Positions 28,537-39,904 of a stretch of 64,000 nucleotides of DNA are shown in pieces. The DNA is taken from IMG/VR virus record IMGVR_UViG_3300035438_001811, positions 5,633-69,632 of that record; one strand, given 5' to 3'. The notes beneath the pieces are model-generated. The model was not told where the DNA came from and did no database searches. It saw only the letters and a list, made by a program, of their open reading frames with translations. How positions within the stretch are numbered: the first letter of the stretch is position 1; every line of letters begins with the position of its first letter. The stretch comes from a virus. A program made the position numbers and the translations under genes.

Positions 28537-29172
28537 TTACCCGTTAATTTTGCAAGCTTTAGCTGAAGAAAACCAAACTGAATCAGAATATTTTGCAGCT
28601 TCTGAGACTGAAGCAATAAAAACAGATGCATGGTAATCACCATAGCCAAGATTTATTGTGGTTTCAAGATCGTCTGCTGTAACAATTTCAGCCCAATCAC
28701 AAAAATCCGCAAAGTGCCTGACATACCCGATAGTTGTTTCGATGTCAAATTGTGCATGGGACTTGTCCTCATGACTAAAGCTCAAATAGGTAAGCTCATC
28801 AACAGCACTAAGGAATGCGTCAACTACAGCGTCTTTAGCCAGTTTCAGGACTTGGTAATCATCCTTAGTTAGCTCTAATTGGCAGACAGGGATAGGGAAT
28901 CTATAGAGCTTGTCACCAATAATACAAACTTTAATTTCAAGCCCAGAGATGTTATTTGTGAGTTGATATTCCTGAACTTGATCCCGAAACTCATGATAAC
29001 AGCCAACCTCAAATAATCTTTGCGCTCCCAAAATAGAGCCTAGTGGTGTTTGCTTTGCGATTTCTTCGGCATTATCAGGCATAGGGAATGTGCGCTCACC
29101 ATTGACGCAAGCCATTCTCTCTATTTCTAGAATTTTAGTTAGCTCTTCAGTTGTATAAACTTTGTCAAACAT
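28537..29172 (-). CDS. Hypothetical protein
   Basis: 211-aa ORF in an operon with the J-domain gene. Confidence 0.6.
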   Translation of the reverse strand: MFDKVYTTEELTKILEIERMACVNGERTFPMPDNAEEIAKQTPLGSILGAQRLFEVGCYHEFRDQVQEYQLTNNISGLEIKVCIIGDKLYRFPIPVCQLELTKDDYQVLKLAKDAVVDAFLSAVDELTYLSFSHEDKSHAQFDIETTIGYVRHFADFCDWAEIVTADDLETTINLGYGDYHASVFIASVSEAAKYSDSVWFSSAKACKING

Positions 29173-29184
29173 CTTTTTTTTCTC

Positions 29185-29982
29185 CTACACCTTCACAACT
29201 TTATAGCCAAGATTGAGATCGATCTGATGACCATCCATGATCACACCATGACCTCGCAATGCCTTGATAATGCGTTCGCAACCTTTCCAACTAAACACGG
29301 GCTTCTGATATACCGCGCCATTAGGCAATGTCACAGGCGTTAGTTTTGCAAAGCCACGTTGCACAAAATCCGCATAGGGTTGATTAGTATCCTTGCTAAG
29401 AATCTTGACATCTTGACTGCAAAGAAACTTTCTAAAATCCTTCTCTTTATATTTGGGAATTGCGAGACATTTAAACAACTCACGCACATCTAGCCAAGTC
29501 TCGGAGTCCATGACGGTATCATACACATCGGCTTTAGGTTGCAAGACTTTGATCTCTTCTTTGAGCGCTTCCTTAGCTTCTATCTCAGAAGCCAAAAGCC
29601 TCAATGCCTCAGAAAATGTTTGAGGTAGTGCGGGTTGCGATGGAACTAACTCGACTTTACCAGTCGTCATGAGTTCATCAGTCCAAATATCTACTTGTAC
29701 CGCAAACTCATCACTACACCATTGAGCAAAACGGATCGCTACTTTAGGGTGTCCCCATGTGCCTTGATTTTGTGAGTCGCCACCTTGAATGACTTGCACC
29801 AAGTCCGTTATCTTGATCTGGATAACGCTTTCAAGAGCTTTTAAATAAGACTTTGTGGACTTGAGGTTATTCCAATGACCAAACAATTTACCACTGGCTT
29901 GCGCCATATCGGTTAACGAAACATAGCGATCGCTGCGAATACGGATAGCGCGATCATTCCAATTCTTGATAAGATTAGACAT
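29185..29982 (-). CDS. KilA-N domain antirepressor with ANT-like C-terminus
   Basis: YVSLTDMA...GTWGHPKVAIRFAQWCS..FAVQV; C-terminus highly similar to ORF 175-1002. Confidence 0.9.
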   Translation of the reverse strand: MSNLIKNWNDRAIRIRSDRYVSLTDMAQASGKLFGHWNNLKSTKSYLKALESVIQIKITDLVQVIQGGDSQNQGTWGHPKVAIRFAQWCSDEFAVQVDIWTDELMTTGKVELVPSQPALPQTFSEALRLLASEIEAKEALKEEIKVLQPKADVYDTVMDSETWLDVRELFKCLAIPKYKEKDFRKFLCSQDVKILSKDTNQPYADFVQRGFAKLTPVTLPNGAVYQKPVFSWKGCERIIKALRGHGVIMDGHQIDLNLGYKVVKV

Positions 29983-30049
29983 TGCTGTTGCACTGGTGTT
30001 TAGTGGATAGGGGCTTGGATGCTGTCAACATCGCGAAGCCACAAATATT

Positions 30050-30280
30050 TTAGCATTTTTCAGCTTTTAACTTAGCTCTTGACTCCGCTTGCTTCAGTCG
30101 CATGTATAGCTTGCCATCATCCGTTTTAAGCCAACATGCGCGGCAAATAGTGAGAGGTGAATCTGATCTGAGTTGGCGATCGCATTGCGTACAGTAGTAG
30201 CGTGGCTTGTCTGCTGTACGCTTTAGATATGCGGCGCGATCTATGTCTGCGCGGGTTTTAGTCATTTTTACTTTGCCCAT
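30050..30280 (-). CDS. Zn-finger protein (paralog family B)
   Basis: CTQC...ICRACWLKTDDG. Confidence 0.7.
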   Translation of the reverse strand: MGKVKMTKTRADIDRAAYLKRTADKPRYYCTQCDRQLRSDSPLTICRACWLKTDDGKLYMRLKQAESRAKLKAEKC

Positions 30281-30823
30281 GCAAAAGTTTTTGATTGATT
30301 TCTACATATTCCAACTCAGAAATAAATTCTGGGTTGTCGGTTTTATACTCAGGAATTAATTTGGTTAATTCCGTAATAGCATCACACCAATGCTGATCGC
30401 TAGAACAAGGGGCGCAATCTGCTTTTATTCTCATTAAAAGCAGATTGTTTAAAACTTTAAGCAGAGATTTGTGCATATTTAGCGCTCTTTGCGATTTCAG
30501 TAATTAGTAAATTAGCTGCGGGGCTGCAATCAGTAATTTTTAGTAGTCTTTTCAAAGCTCTATAAGTTCTAGCTACAACCTTGCCAGACTCATCGCGAAA
30601 ACTTCTACCTACTCCAATGAGCTTGCTGTCTGGGGTGAAAGAGAATGCTGTTAATGTTTCGTCATGCTCTTGAGGTGTAGCACCAGTAGATACATAAATG
30701 AAATGACCGTTTTTTTGGAAGCGATATTCAACCTGTAATGTTTTCATTGTCTTTTGCCTTGCTTGTTTAACTCAATGATCTATTATTGATCGAATATCCC
30801 TAGTTGTCAACTACTATTTACAA

Positions 30824-31180
30824 CTAATTTAAATTAGCTTTCAACTTAGCTCTATACCTACGACTGCGCTCAAATTGCGTCAAAGGTTCATCACCCAATA
30901 GGGGACGATGCGCGGGGCGATCGCCATCGGTACAAGTAAAGCCACATTTACAGCGATATTGCACTGCTCCTGATTTGGCTTGTTTACCATTGCGTCTTAA
31001 ATACAAGAGGTTAGCTAAAACCCGGATTGCGTATTTAAGGTTTACAGGCATCAGCATCACAGCGATCGCCCAACACTTGATACAGAAATGGCGATCGCTA
31101 TGATAGGGATTTGCGGGGTTAGGTTTAGGCATAAAATTATGACAATTATTCAAATCAAGACTATGACTCAAACAGAACAA
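30824..31180 (-). CDS. InsA-like Zn-ribbon plus basic helix protein (paralog family A)
   Basis: MPKPNP.NP...RNGKQAKSGAVQYRC...TDGDRP..RP.LGDEPLTQ.ER.RRYR. Confidence 0.65.
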   Translation of the reverse strand: MFCLSHSLDLNNCHNFMPKPNPANPYHSDRHFCIKCWAIAVMLMPVNLKYAIRVLANLLYLRRNGKQAKSGAVQYRCKCGFTCTDGDRPAHRPLLGDEPLTQFERSRRYRAKLKANLN

Positions 31181-31556
31181 TTAAACGAGCTAATAAATCA
31201 AATAAAAAAGCCAATTCATTATGACTGGCAAGCTAAATATATACCGCGCAAAGGATGGTATATATTTCCTGATACTCCGCGCTCTTACGATGAAAACGGT
31301 GAATATATGGGGTATACACTCACCGAAGCGAAAAAGAGTATTCAGGATTTTTTAAAATAAAGTGAAAAATAATTTTACCCAACAAAAAAGACGACCTCGC
31401 GATCGCCTTGTAATTCTCAAAAAATCATTACAAATCCACAAATCAAAACAATCGGCTTTTCGGTTCTCCTTGGAATCTAGGTCAGTCGAAATTTAACGCA
31501 ATCAAAATGTAGCATAGATTGATGTGCGATAATTAAGCAAAATCCCTTGACTTACA

Positions 31557-32288
31557 ATGGCGATCGGCGATCTCACACTCGTATATTTTGGGCGCTCCTA
31601 TACCTTCACTTTTTCAGGTAGCGCCATAACTCCATCAACTCAAGTTTTTGCAGTTGATGATATCGTGCGCTTTACTACCACAGGCACGTTGCCAACTGGA
31701 CTAGCACTAAATACTAGCTATTATGTGGTCGGTGTAGGCGCAACGATTACCGTGTCAGCTACACAGGGGGGGAGCGCAATAAGCTTAAGCGGGGGCAGTG
31801 GTACGCACTCGATCCGCGTTGTGATGTCTGTTGTATTTCGCAGGTTCATCGAAGACAGACCGCCACGGGAAAGCTCTCGACTTTCAGGTAATGGGAGTTT
31901 TAGCGTAAATGGTGCTTTCCAGATTTCAGGTATTAGCTTTGAAGATCCACAAACGTACAATATTCAAAGCAAAGTATCGATTGCTGATCATCTCAAGCTG
32001 AAAGCGATGTGGTCAACTGCTGACAAGATGCGTCGCGAATTGCAGACAGTAACAGGATCGCCATATATGGAACTTACTGATGAGATTACTCTGTACTTTG
32101 AAGAGGGCAAAACATCAGCGACTAAAACCAGATCATCCGTAGGTACTGTTACTCAACAAAACGGCGGTGTTAATTACTATCCAAAACTTCAAGTCTATAT
32201 GCCTACAGAGCCTACTTTTGGAGTCGATACGGGTGTAGGTAACGTTACCGCGATTGTTGAGTTGCAGGAAACGGGGGTTAAAATATGA
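31557..32288 (+). CDS. Tail (distal tail-like) protein
   Basis: Contains the virion-type insert GTLPTGL..NTSYYV; first gene of the post-tape-measure tail block. Confidence 0.6.
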   Translation: MAIGDLTLVYFGRSYTFTFSGSAITPSTQVFAVDDIVRFTTTGTLPTGLALNTSYYVVGVGATITVSATQGGSAISLSGGSGTHSIRVVMSVVFRRFIEDRPPRESSRLSGNGSFSVNGAFQISGISFEDPQTYNIQSKVSIADHLKLKAMWSTADKMRRELQTVTGSPYMELTDEITLYFEEGKTSATKTRSSVGTVTQQNGGVNYYPKLQVYMPTEPTFGVDTGVGNVTAIVELQETGVKI

Positions 32289-34333
32289 CCGTCAATCTAA
32301 GCTCTAGACCATTTTCTCTCACGATTAACGGCATTGACCGTACAGGTAATGTCAAGGGGACTGGAATTTCATTAACTCAAAATGAATTAGGCTCTGAGGG
32401 TGTATTTGTCACGGGTGAGATTGAGCTACAAGCCAACTACAACGAGGTAACACAATTTACTTATCTCGCATCACCTTCTATTGGGGCTAATTGGGCGCGT
32501 GGTGCATCAGTAATTTATCAAATCGCCAACGATTCAGGCACATTAGTTAATCATCCTTTTTCTGGAGGGGCGCTCTATATCCTCAAAGAACCAGCGCCGC
32601 CCGATGCAAATTTTAGAATTAAGATTCAGGTTGGGGATCAAGCAGTTTTAAGAAATTACCGCACAGCAGACACAGACCCAAGTGCAGTAGTAGCAGGGGT
32701 TAGCACAGCTAGAAATACTGTGATTGAGCGATATTTAGCTGCTAGCGGCGCATCATATAGTATTAGCTCTATTCCCTATCCTTTCTCTTTCCCACAGCCA
32801 AAAACTGAAGGAAATAGCCTTATCAGTGTAGCGGCGCAAATGGCGCGATCGGCTGGGCATATTTTATACACTAATGCCGCTGGAACAATAATCAACAAGG
32901 CGATTAACCTGGCTGCTACTGCGATCGCTACTTACAGAATCAGTGAAGATGAGCAGCTTTTCGATCAAGTAGATAGCAGTGGTGTTGAAACACCTGTGGA
33001 TCAACTGGTAATCGCTGGAATATCTACAACAATCGATACAAGTTCTTACCCTAAAACCAATGTAGCAACAAGTTTTAGTAATGTTTTAAATGTTGAAGGT
33101 GCGCTAGGTTTAGTAAATTATCGATTTATTTCAAAGCGAACTACGATCACTGATTACGGATGGGATGGCTCTCAAGAAAGAATCGTTTCTTATGTTGAAG
33201 CGACTACTCTTTATACAAGCCATCTCAGTTTATTAAAAAATAATCAATCTGCTTTTTTATTGCCGTCGATTGAGACTGAAACGATTAAACGTTATGACTC
33301 AAAAAATCGATTGATTTATGAGAAAGAAGAAACAGACTCATTTCTAACAATCAGCCAACTCTTTACGATTACCAGCGGCGCTTTTGGCGTTAACTTTAGA
33401 GTAAACCCGAAGCCTGAATTTACAACTACAAGACTAAATGCACAGGATATTATAACCACTTATTCTTATGACGATATCACTGATATTTTAGTCAGCAAAA
33501 GAACTGAAACACAGAATTATATTGTTTCGGGTAATCAGGATTTTGTATATACGAGATTGGCAAAAGTTGAATCTTGGAATAATGGTTTTTATAATGTTGA
33601 AAATTTCTTTCAGCAAAATAGTATCGTCCTTAATTTTGGCTCTTTAGCTACCAGACAAGCCAGATTTGATCTTACTGAGGGGGAATGGGTTAGCAGTGGC
33701 GGATCAAGCACTTACAGCACAGATGGCAGTACAAAAGCACCCGCTACAACTTACCGCAAACCTTTTGAGCCAATAGAGACACAAATCACAGCGACATTAA
33801 AGGCGACACCATTCGCAGGGCAAAGCTTTTACTCGCGATCGCGCCCTGTTGACGTGCCATACCTTGAGAGCCAATTACAAGCCACTGAATACGGTAACAC
33901 CTATCTTGCTTTACTCTATGGCAGAAAACAAGGCTTTGTATTTGGAACTGCAATTAGCAATACCCTGATTGCATCGCTTACACCATTATCAAGAATCGAT
34001 ATCTTGTGGCGCGGTGTGCGGTATCGATGCCTTACCGATGGCGCATCTTGGTCACACGATCAGACTCAATGCGCGATCGGTATGAGGTTAATCGTAATTA
34101 GCACTGCTCTTGAATCCGATCCGCCCGAAACGGTTTATCCTGTGGTAGTTGCTAGCCCATTGATAGAGGCTCTATTTGAGCAAATATCAGAGCTAGAATG
34201 CACGATTATTCAGGATCAGTATATTGGTTCTGTGATTGAGCAAGCTTCTGCCGTCGATTGCTTTATTGTTTCGGGGATCTTAATCGAATCCTTGATAGAG
34301 CAAGAATCTGAAGTCGAATGTACTATTACCTAA
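32285..34333 (+). CDS. Tail tip / baseplate hub-like protein
   Basis: 682 aa, Ser/Thr-rich, in the tail operon. Confidence 0.6.
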   Translation: MTVNLSSRPFSLTINGIDRTGNVKGTGISLTQNELGSEGVFVTGEIELQANYNEVTQFTYLASPSIGANWARGASVIYQIANDSGTLVNHPFSGGALYILKEPAPPDANFRIKIQVGDQAVLRNYRTADTDPSAVVAGVSTARNTVIERYLAASGASYSISSIPYPFSFPQPKTEGNSLISVAAQMARSAGHILYTNAAGTIINKAINLAATAIATYRISEDEQLFDQVDSSGVETPVDQLVIAGISTTIDTSSYPKTNVATSFSNVLNVEGALGLVNYRFISKRTTITDYGWDGSQERIVSYVEATTLYTSHLSLLKNNQSAFLLPSIETETIKRYDSKNRLIYEKEETDSFLTISQLFTITSGAFGVNFRVNPKPEFTTTRLNAQDIITTYSYDDITDILVSKRTETQNYIVSGNQDFVYTRLAKVESWNNGFYNVENFFQQNSIVLNFGSLATRQARFDLTEGEWVSSGGSSTYSTDGSTKAPATTYRKPFEPIETQITATLKATPFAGQSFYSRSRPVDVPYLESQLQATEYGNTYLALLYGRKQGFVFGTAISNTLIASLTPLSRIDILWRGVRYRCLTDGASWSHDQTQCAIGMRLIVISTALESDPPETVYPVVVASPLIEALFEQISELECTIIQDQYIGSVIEQASAVDCFIVSGILIESLIEQESEVECTIT

Positions 34334-34343
34334 AACAGAAAAA

Positions 34344-34724
34344 ATGGCATTATCAACTTATAGAAGAGATCTAACTCTTAACGATATTAAATCAGCTAAC
34401 AAATATATCGCTTTTTACTCTAGTGATCCTGGTCGGGCTGGGACAAGTGGAACAGATATCACGACATCTGTCACCTCAGCCCGAAAACTGATCGCCCCTT
34501 CAGATTGGGGATCTGTCACGTCATCAGGTGACGCTAGGCAAATTGCTAACTCAGCATCTCTATCTTTAGGTAATGCCCCAAGTACGATCACGGTAACCCA
34601 TATTGCTATATGGACAGCATCATCAGGTGGCAACTGTGAAGCAACTGGCGTTTGTTCCTTTACTACTACATCGGGCGTAGCGTCAACGATTGGAATCGGG
34701 CTAATTATAATTAGGATGTTGTAA
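34344..34724 (+). CDS. Minor tail/virion protein
   Basis: YIAFYSSDPG...TVTHIAIW..A.SGGN, a common virion-domain pattern. Confidence 0.6.
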   Translation: MALSTYRRDLTLNDIKSANKYIAFYSSDPGRAGTSGTDITTSVTSARKLIAPSDWGSVTSSGDARQIANSASLSLGNAPSTITVTHIAIWTASSGGNCEATGVCSFTTTSGVASTIGIGLIIIRML

Positions 34725-34726
34725 TT

Positions 34727-35668
34727 ATGAGTGTCAACGATCGCTTAAACGATTTGCTAAATGCCAATCAAAATAAACGATTGGCTGAGGAAAAAGCGCG
34801 GGAAAATCGGCGCGATAATCCTAAAATTTTGCGCCACACCACTTACCAAGGCGATCGCAAAATCCAGCAATTAGGCGACGATATTATCGAGAACGGTGTT
34901 GTACTCAACAATCAAGCTGTTGAGATTGGTGATGTGATGCTACCTCTAGCCAAAGGCAATGTATTGCGGCGTGTGGATAATACGAACGGCGGTGCTTTGC
35001 TTGGCAGTGCTTACCGCAAAGCGAAAGAAGAAGATCTTGATGTCAATGGTAATCAATTCAGCGGATCTGGTGTTCCTAAAATCCCTACTGGAAGCAGTGG
35101 CGTGGGCAATGGTGGAGGCGGGGGGAAAGTACCAACTAAAAGCCCTGCCCCTTCTGGTTGTGTACAGCCACCTCCTTCCTGCGTTTGGAGTGCAGATCCT
35201 ACGCCGCCTAGCGGATGGCAGAGTTACGGTAGTGTTACCCTTGAAAGTGGCACTACTTTAAATTTATATTGCTTAGCTGGAACCTCAGTCCCTGATAATT
35301 TAGGCTGTGATTTTTTGAATGCCGAAAAATGGCGATGTGCGGGAACTTCGTGCGCCCCTGATCCTAATGGTACTTATAGCTCACAAGCTGCTTGCGAAGC
35401 CGCAAGAGTAAGACTTTATACTGTTTCCCGATCTGGTACAGGGGCAGCAGATTGCGCGGGTGAAGGGATCGATATCCCAGAAGATCGGATACCCCAAGAT
35501 GCGCCTTCGCCATGGACACCGCCTTACAGTTCTTCGATCAAGGCTGGATCTACAGTACCGTGTGGCACATCTCAATGGGATGTTTTTGATGCTAACGGAT
35601 TAATTTTTACGACAAGCGGTCGATATACTTTTTACAATATTATTGACGCAGGTTTTAGATGCCCTTAG
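34727..35668 (+). CDS. Putative tail fibre/receptor-binding protein with Cys/Pro/Gly-rich C-terminus
   Basis: Gly linker, then C..C.PDPNGTYSSQAAC motif; tail operon. Confidence 0.5.
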   Translation: MSVNDRLNDLLNANQNKRLAEEKARENRRDNPKILRHTTYQGDRKIQQLGDDIIENGVVLNNQAVEIGDVMLPLAKGNVLRRVDNTNGGALLGSAYRKAKEEDLDVNGNQFSGSGVPKIPTGSSGVGNGGGGGKVPTKSPAPSGCVQPPPSCVWSADPTPPSGWQSYGSVTLESGTTLNLYCLAGTSVPDNLGCDFLNAEKWRCAGTSCAPDPNGTYSSQAACEAARVRLYTVSRSGTGAADCAGEGIDIPEDRIPQDAPSPWTPPYSSSIKAGSTVPCGTSQWDVFDANGLIFTTSGRYTFYNIIDAGFRCP

Positions 35669-35957
35669 ATACTTTGAGACTGCAATTAGAAACAAATGCA
35701 ACCCGTCGCTTATCCCTAGAAAAGCAGCAGGATAACAGCGTTGTTGTCTGCGAGGTGACTGGATACGATATCAAAACAGCCTCATACACAGCTAAAGCCC
35801 CTGATGGCTCGTTAAGGTATTTTAGATTTATTGGTAATGCAACACTGCCAATCGGATCGCAAGTATCGGTAGTGCTACCAGATAAAGGGCTTATTGGATG
35901 GGTTGATACTAAGGCAAGATAACAAAAAAGCGGCAATTAGCGCCGCTTTTTTGCTGA

Positions 35958-36113
35958 TTATTTTTTCTCAACCCCTTTACCCAAAATACCCATCCCCATA
36001 ATGCTTAGTCCAAAAGCGACAGACGCATATTCAGGATAGATATTCTTTGAGATCGCTAGCTCGGATGCACCAGCGACAACACCCAAAACAGTTAGCCATT
36101 GTGTGTTATTCAT
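35958..36113 (-). CDS. Small two-TM holin-like protein (51 aa, below the ORF track cutoff)
   Basis: MNNTQWLTVLGVVAGASELA...VAFGLSIMGMGILGKGVEKK. Confidence 0.5.
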   Translation of the reverse strand: MNNTQWLTVLGVVAGASELAISKNIYPEYASVAFGLSIMGMGILGKGVEKK

Positions 36114-36191
36114 AATCTTTAGATTCAGTAATTACGCCTCTATTTTAGTTAATAATGCGATAATCAGCGTGATGCTTTCCCTAACGTCGCA

Positions 36192-36881
36192 ATGTCAAGA
36201 TTTTATATCGCTGTAGCCCCTGCTACACAGTCGCAATCTACGCCAAATAGCGGAGCTAACTCTAATAGTAATGACGTTCCTATTGTTGGCTTAGGTGGTG
36301 CAGGTGTGGTTATTTCCCTTGTAAGTATTTTGATAGGGAAATGGATGCCTTGGGGAGAGATTGCCAAGCAGTTTGCAGAGGTAAGAACTAGCAAAGTATT
36401 GCAAGCTGAAAACCGCAAAGGACAAGAATTAGAAGCGGAAATTGATATTAATCAAGGGTTAGCCGATACGGTTTCCCAGATTGCAAAGCACAGCGCAGAT
36501 TCCTCAGAATTTGTAATCAAAGACTTATTGCATTTAGTAGGCGATGCAATCCAATCCTCAACAGCAAATGCTCACTCTACACAGGCATTATCACGGGCAA
36601 GCGAATCGCAGGTACAGGCGACGGAAGATTTAATTAAAGCCACAGCCCATAATAGCGAAGCTTTAAAAGCTTTGAAGGAAGCGATCGCCAGTATCCCGAA
36701 AGAGACAGCTTCAGTGATTGAAGTTTACGCTGCTGAATTTCGAGTGGCGTTGGACTTATTGGATGATCGCCTTGATAGGATTGAGAAAAATCAAAAGCTC
36801 TTCTCAACTCAGGTCAAAGAAGAATTTGCATCTGCTTTTTTGGAGTTGAGAAGAGCTTTAAAAGCTAAAGAGACTGGCTAG
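36192..36881 (+). CDS. Membrane-anchored coiled-coil protein
   Basis: TM segment IVGLGGAGVVISLVSILIG followed by helical repeats. Confidence 0.55.
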   Translation: MSRFYIAVAPATQSQSTPNSGANSNSNDVPIVGLGGAGVVISLVSILIGKWMPWGEIAKQFAEVRTSKVLQAENRKGQELEAEIDINQGLADTVSQIAKHSADSSEFVIKDLLHLVGDAIQSSTANAHSTQALSRASESQVQATEDLIKATAHNSEALKALKEAIASIPKETASVIEVYAAEFRVALDLLDDRLDRIEKNQKLFSTQVKEEFASAFLELRRALKAKETG

Positions 36882-37517
36882 GATCGAGCCTACAAATCTG
36901 CTCATAAATTACGCGCTTAATCAAATAAATAGCGCCGTTTCGCTTATCCTGCGGCGTTTCCTCTAACGCTTGTTGCGTCATTTTATTTTGCTGCAATTTT
37001 ATAAACTTTAGAATTACTGATAGGATTGTAAATCCCGCAGGAAACCAGAGCCGCGTCTCTCCCTTCAATCTGGACTTTGGAGTAAATGATTCGATCTCTG
37101 TCTCCATGACCTGCATGATACCTGCATGATCCGCTCTTGTTCTTTGAGCTTGGCTTGTCGCCTAGCACAAGCCTCATTTACTCCATCCAACATGGATTTA
37201 TAGCTGTCGCACTCATTCAAAGCTTGAGTGAGGCTGTTTTGCAAAGCGTCACGCTCAAAAACGGGATCAAGGATCGGCAATATAAACTCGGCTTGTTTAT
37301 ATGTTGCCCATGCAAAAAAGTCAGATTGCCAATTAAGATTTTCCTGTAAAACACCATCAATACAAAGACCGTCATCGGAATAGTGAATCAAATGGAACGT
37401 CGTGAGATCGTCACTATTAGTTAGCCATACAGCAAGCTTTTGCCCAAATCGCATTAACTTATCGGCTAGTACTGCGTCATCATTTCTTTGGAAATATTTA
37501 TCCACTATATTTATCAT
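36865..37517 (-). pseudogene. Hypothetical gene split by an 11-bp tandem duplication
   Basis: ACCTGCATGAT occurs twice at 37109-37130; removing one copy fuses ORFs 37065-37517 and 36865-37116. Confidence 0.75.
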
Positions 37518-37858
37518 CCATAATCTGTTTGTATCTGATTCGGTCTAGATCTTCCTTGTCCACCGCATAGCATCGATCTAGCCACGCGATCTTAACCTCT
37601 CTCAATCTGCGATCGCGGTATTCGATCTGCGAGTCCACAAATCTCGCATACCAGCGGAATAAGAATGCAAAGACGATTAGGGCGATCGAGATTAGGATTA
37701 AATCTGTCATAGCAGCTCCAAATAGTATCGGTCAGTCTTTTTGTCGTAGTAATAATGGCTAGTTTTTGGCGTTATTACTATGTTTTGCGGGTTTGGTATT
37801 TCCTGTAAGCGGAGATAAAGCTTTAATGCTAGTGCGGGTGTTATTGGGGTTTCTGTCG

Positions 37859-38353
37859 TCATCTTCTGCACATTGTTCTTTTTCTAAATTGCCAAGGCAT
37901 TTCCGCATACTGCGAGGGATGCCCCCATCTGCCAAGCCTATGAGCTTTTGCCCTGTTTTGAGCCTTGGTGTACTGCTCTTGTATATCAGCAGTCAAGTAT
38001 CGCGGGTCAATCACTGCATAGCCAGCTTTTAGCATTGCTAGATTGATGTTTTTAAAGTTGTGGTATACAGTGCCAATCATGTCGCGATCGTAGCTTTTAT
38101 GCTTGGATGTGGGAACGATGGCAACCCTAGAACCTGTCGGCAAAATTCTATTTAGATATTGAGTCGCTTCTTTCCCTCCAGCTTGTCTAGATTCGTTGGC
38201 ATCAATTACAGCATATCTAACTTTGAATTTCTTACCGATGAGTGGCTTCACCCATGAGGTGTCACCATCGCAATGTTTGATTATTTTGTATGGCGATCGC
38301 CAGTAGTAGAAGTAGCAATATATGAGGATTGAGATCAAGATTAGATAGATCAT
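37859..38353 (-). CDS. Membrane-anchored thermonuclease (SNase family)
   Basis: DGDT, VRYAVIDANE, YDR..G.V, INLAMLKAGYA, A.A..LG.W. Confidence 0.9.
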   Translation of the reverse strand: MIYLILISILIYCYFYYWRSPYKIIKHCDGDTSWVKPLIGKKFKVRYAVIDANESRQAGGKEATQYLNRILPTGSRVAIVPTSKHKSYDRDMIGTVYHNFKNINLAMLKAGYAVIDPRYLTADIQEQYTKAQNRAKAHRLGRWGHPSQYAEMPWQFRKRTMCRR

Positions 38354-39540
38354 TGCTTTTTAAATCTCCCTAAAACCGTTTGTGTATATTCTTTGATCGA
38401 AGGATAATCACCGTCCCCATACTTTTGAGGAGTAGGATTATCGTACAAAGTAGGATCGCCGCTATACCACATAGACGCTACTTTGCGGATTTGCTGATCC
38501 GTATTTGACGCTGTTTTTGCTGTGATTTCCAAATACTCAGTCAGCTTGCAATCAATAATTTTGACTTGCTTGTCTTTGGACTCAATAAATTCCTTTTCGG
38601 TTAGCGGTTTACCTAAACACTGAGTAGACCACTCTTTTATATTTTCAGGCATCACTTGACCATATCCAAGGGCATTACTGTGCGGATTAATAGCGCTTGG
38701 ATTGTGGTTTGATTCTTGCCCTGCGATCGCGTTGCGTAAGCGCTCTACGATTGGTTTATTATTAGTGCTAGTTTCATACCATTTACCCTGTAGAGTGCTA
38801 ATTACAAAGCCTCTAGGAGGATCTATCCATTGACCATTTTGCTTTATACCAAAATGTAAATGAGGGGCAGTACTAGCGCCCGTATTACCAGTTTTTGCGA
38901 TCATTGCACCGATAGGATGGCGACCTGAATAGCAAGCCTCCAAGTGGAATAGGGCTATTTCGTATTCTGGCAATAATGGCGAAGTTACCCAAGCTGCAAT
39001 CCCTTCGGGTGGATTGCCGATATTTAAGGGGCAAGCTACATCGACGTATCCTTCGCTAAAGGCAAGATTAGGACTAGGCTTACCGATTGCATATAGGGGC
39101 GTTCCTACAGGTGTATTTAAGTCCACGCCTTTATGATCGGTAGAACATTCGGCGCATGGCTTATCACGTAATCCGAAAGCAGATGTAACTTCCCATTGCA
39201 ATACCTTTTCACCAACTTTTAAAGGGGCATTAAAGTCTTTATCAGTTGCATCGATTTTGAGATTGGTTTCGAGCGATGACTTATCAAATACTGGTAAATT
39301 TAAAGCTCTCCATCCCCATTCTGCAAAGCTGTTAAATGGCTGGATAACTACAAAAGAAAGTAAAACACCTGAAACTATAAGCCTTGCAGCGTTATTTATT
39401 TGTAGTTGTCTTTCCGCCTGTGATAAGACTTGGTGCTGATACTCTGGTAGGCATATCTCGATCAGCGATTCCATCTGTTTCTTTGGATGTGCGCTTTTTA
39501 GTGTTGGTGAGCGATTGTGGTGCTGATTGGCTAAAGTCAT
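38350..39540 (-). CDS. Cell-wall hydrolase: TM, M23 peptidase and lytic-transglycosylase-like domains
   Basis: HKGVDL..PVGTP, KTGNTGASTAPHLHF; AIAGQES...A.N..S.ALGYGQVMP. Confidence 0.9.
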   Translation of the reverse strand: MTLANQHHNRSPTLKSAHPKKQMESLIEICLPEYQHQVLSQAERQLQINNAARLIVSGVLLSFVVIQPFNSFAEWGWRALNLPVFDKSSLETNLKIDATDKDFNAPLKVGEKVLQWEVTSAFGLRDKPCAECSTDHKGVDLNTPVGTPLYAIGKPSPNLAFSEGYVDVACPLNIGNPPEGIAAWVTSPLLPEYEIALFHLEACYSGRHPIGAMIAKTGNTGASTAPHLHFGIKQNGQWIDPPRGFVISTLQGKWYETSTNNKPIVERLRNAIAGQESNHNPSAINPHSNALGYGQVMPENIKEWSTQCLGKPLTEKEFIESKDKQVKIIDCKLTEYLEITAKTASNTDQQIRKVASMWYSGDPTLYDNPTPQKYGDGDYPSIKEYTQTVLGRFKKQ

Positions 39541-39904
39541 AATCTAAAGTCTTATTAAATTTAAGGTTTAATTCTTTTCCTGATTCAGTAACCCATTTAA
39601 ACCCTGTGGCGGTTTGACAGTAAGAGTTACCTAGCAATGCGGCGATCGCATCAGGATCGGTTAGTTGTCTTAAAGTTCTAATCTGATTAAGGGTAACTGG
39701 CTTTGTCTGCGAGGGTTTTGTGAGACAGCCTTTGTCGTTACCTTTTAATATCTCTGCAAATTGTGGCGGCGTGATATTTGGGAGTGCGTTTCTAATGTCG
39801 CTGGTATCGGCTAACGTCATGTAGCCTTGCTTCGATAAGTCAGCAATGATCGCCACAACGGATAGGGATAATATTAATGTTGTGGCGATCGCTGATTTAC
39901 GCAT
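39392..39904 (-). CDS. Exported hypothetical protein
   Basis: N-terminal signal/TM segment. Confidence 0.55.
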   Translation of the reverse strand: MRKSAIATTLILSLSVVAIIADLSKQGYMTLADTSDIRNALPNITPPQFAEILKGNDKGCLTKPSQTKPVTLNQIRTLRQLTDPDAIAALLGNSYCQTATGFKWVTESGKELNLKFNKTLDYDFSQSAPQSLTNTKKRTSKETDGIADRDMPTRVSAPSLITGGKTTTNK

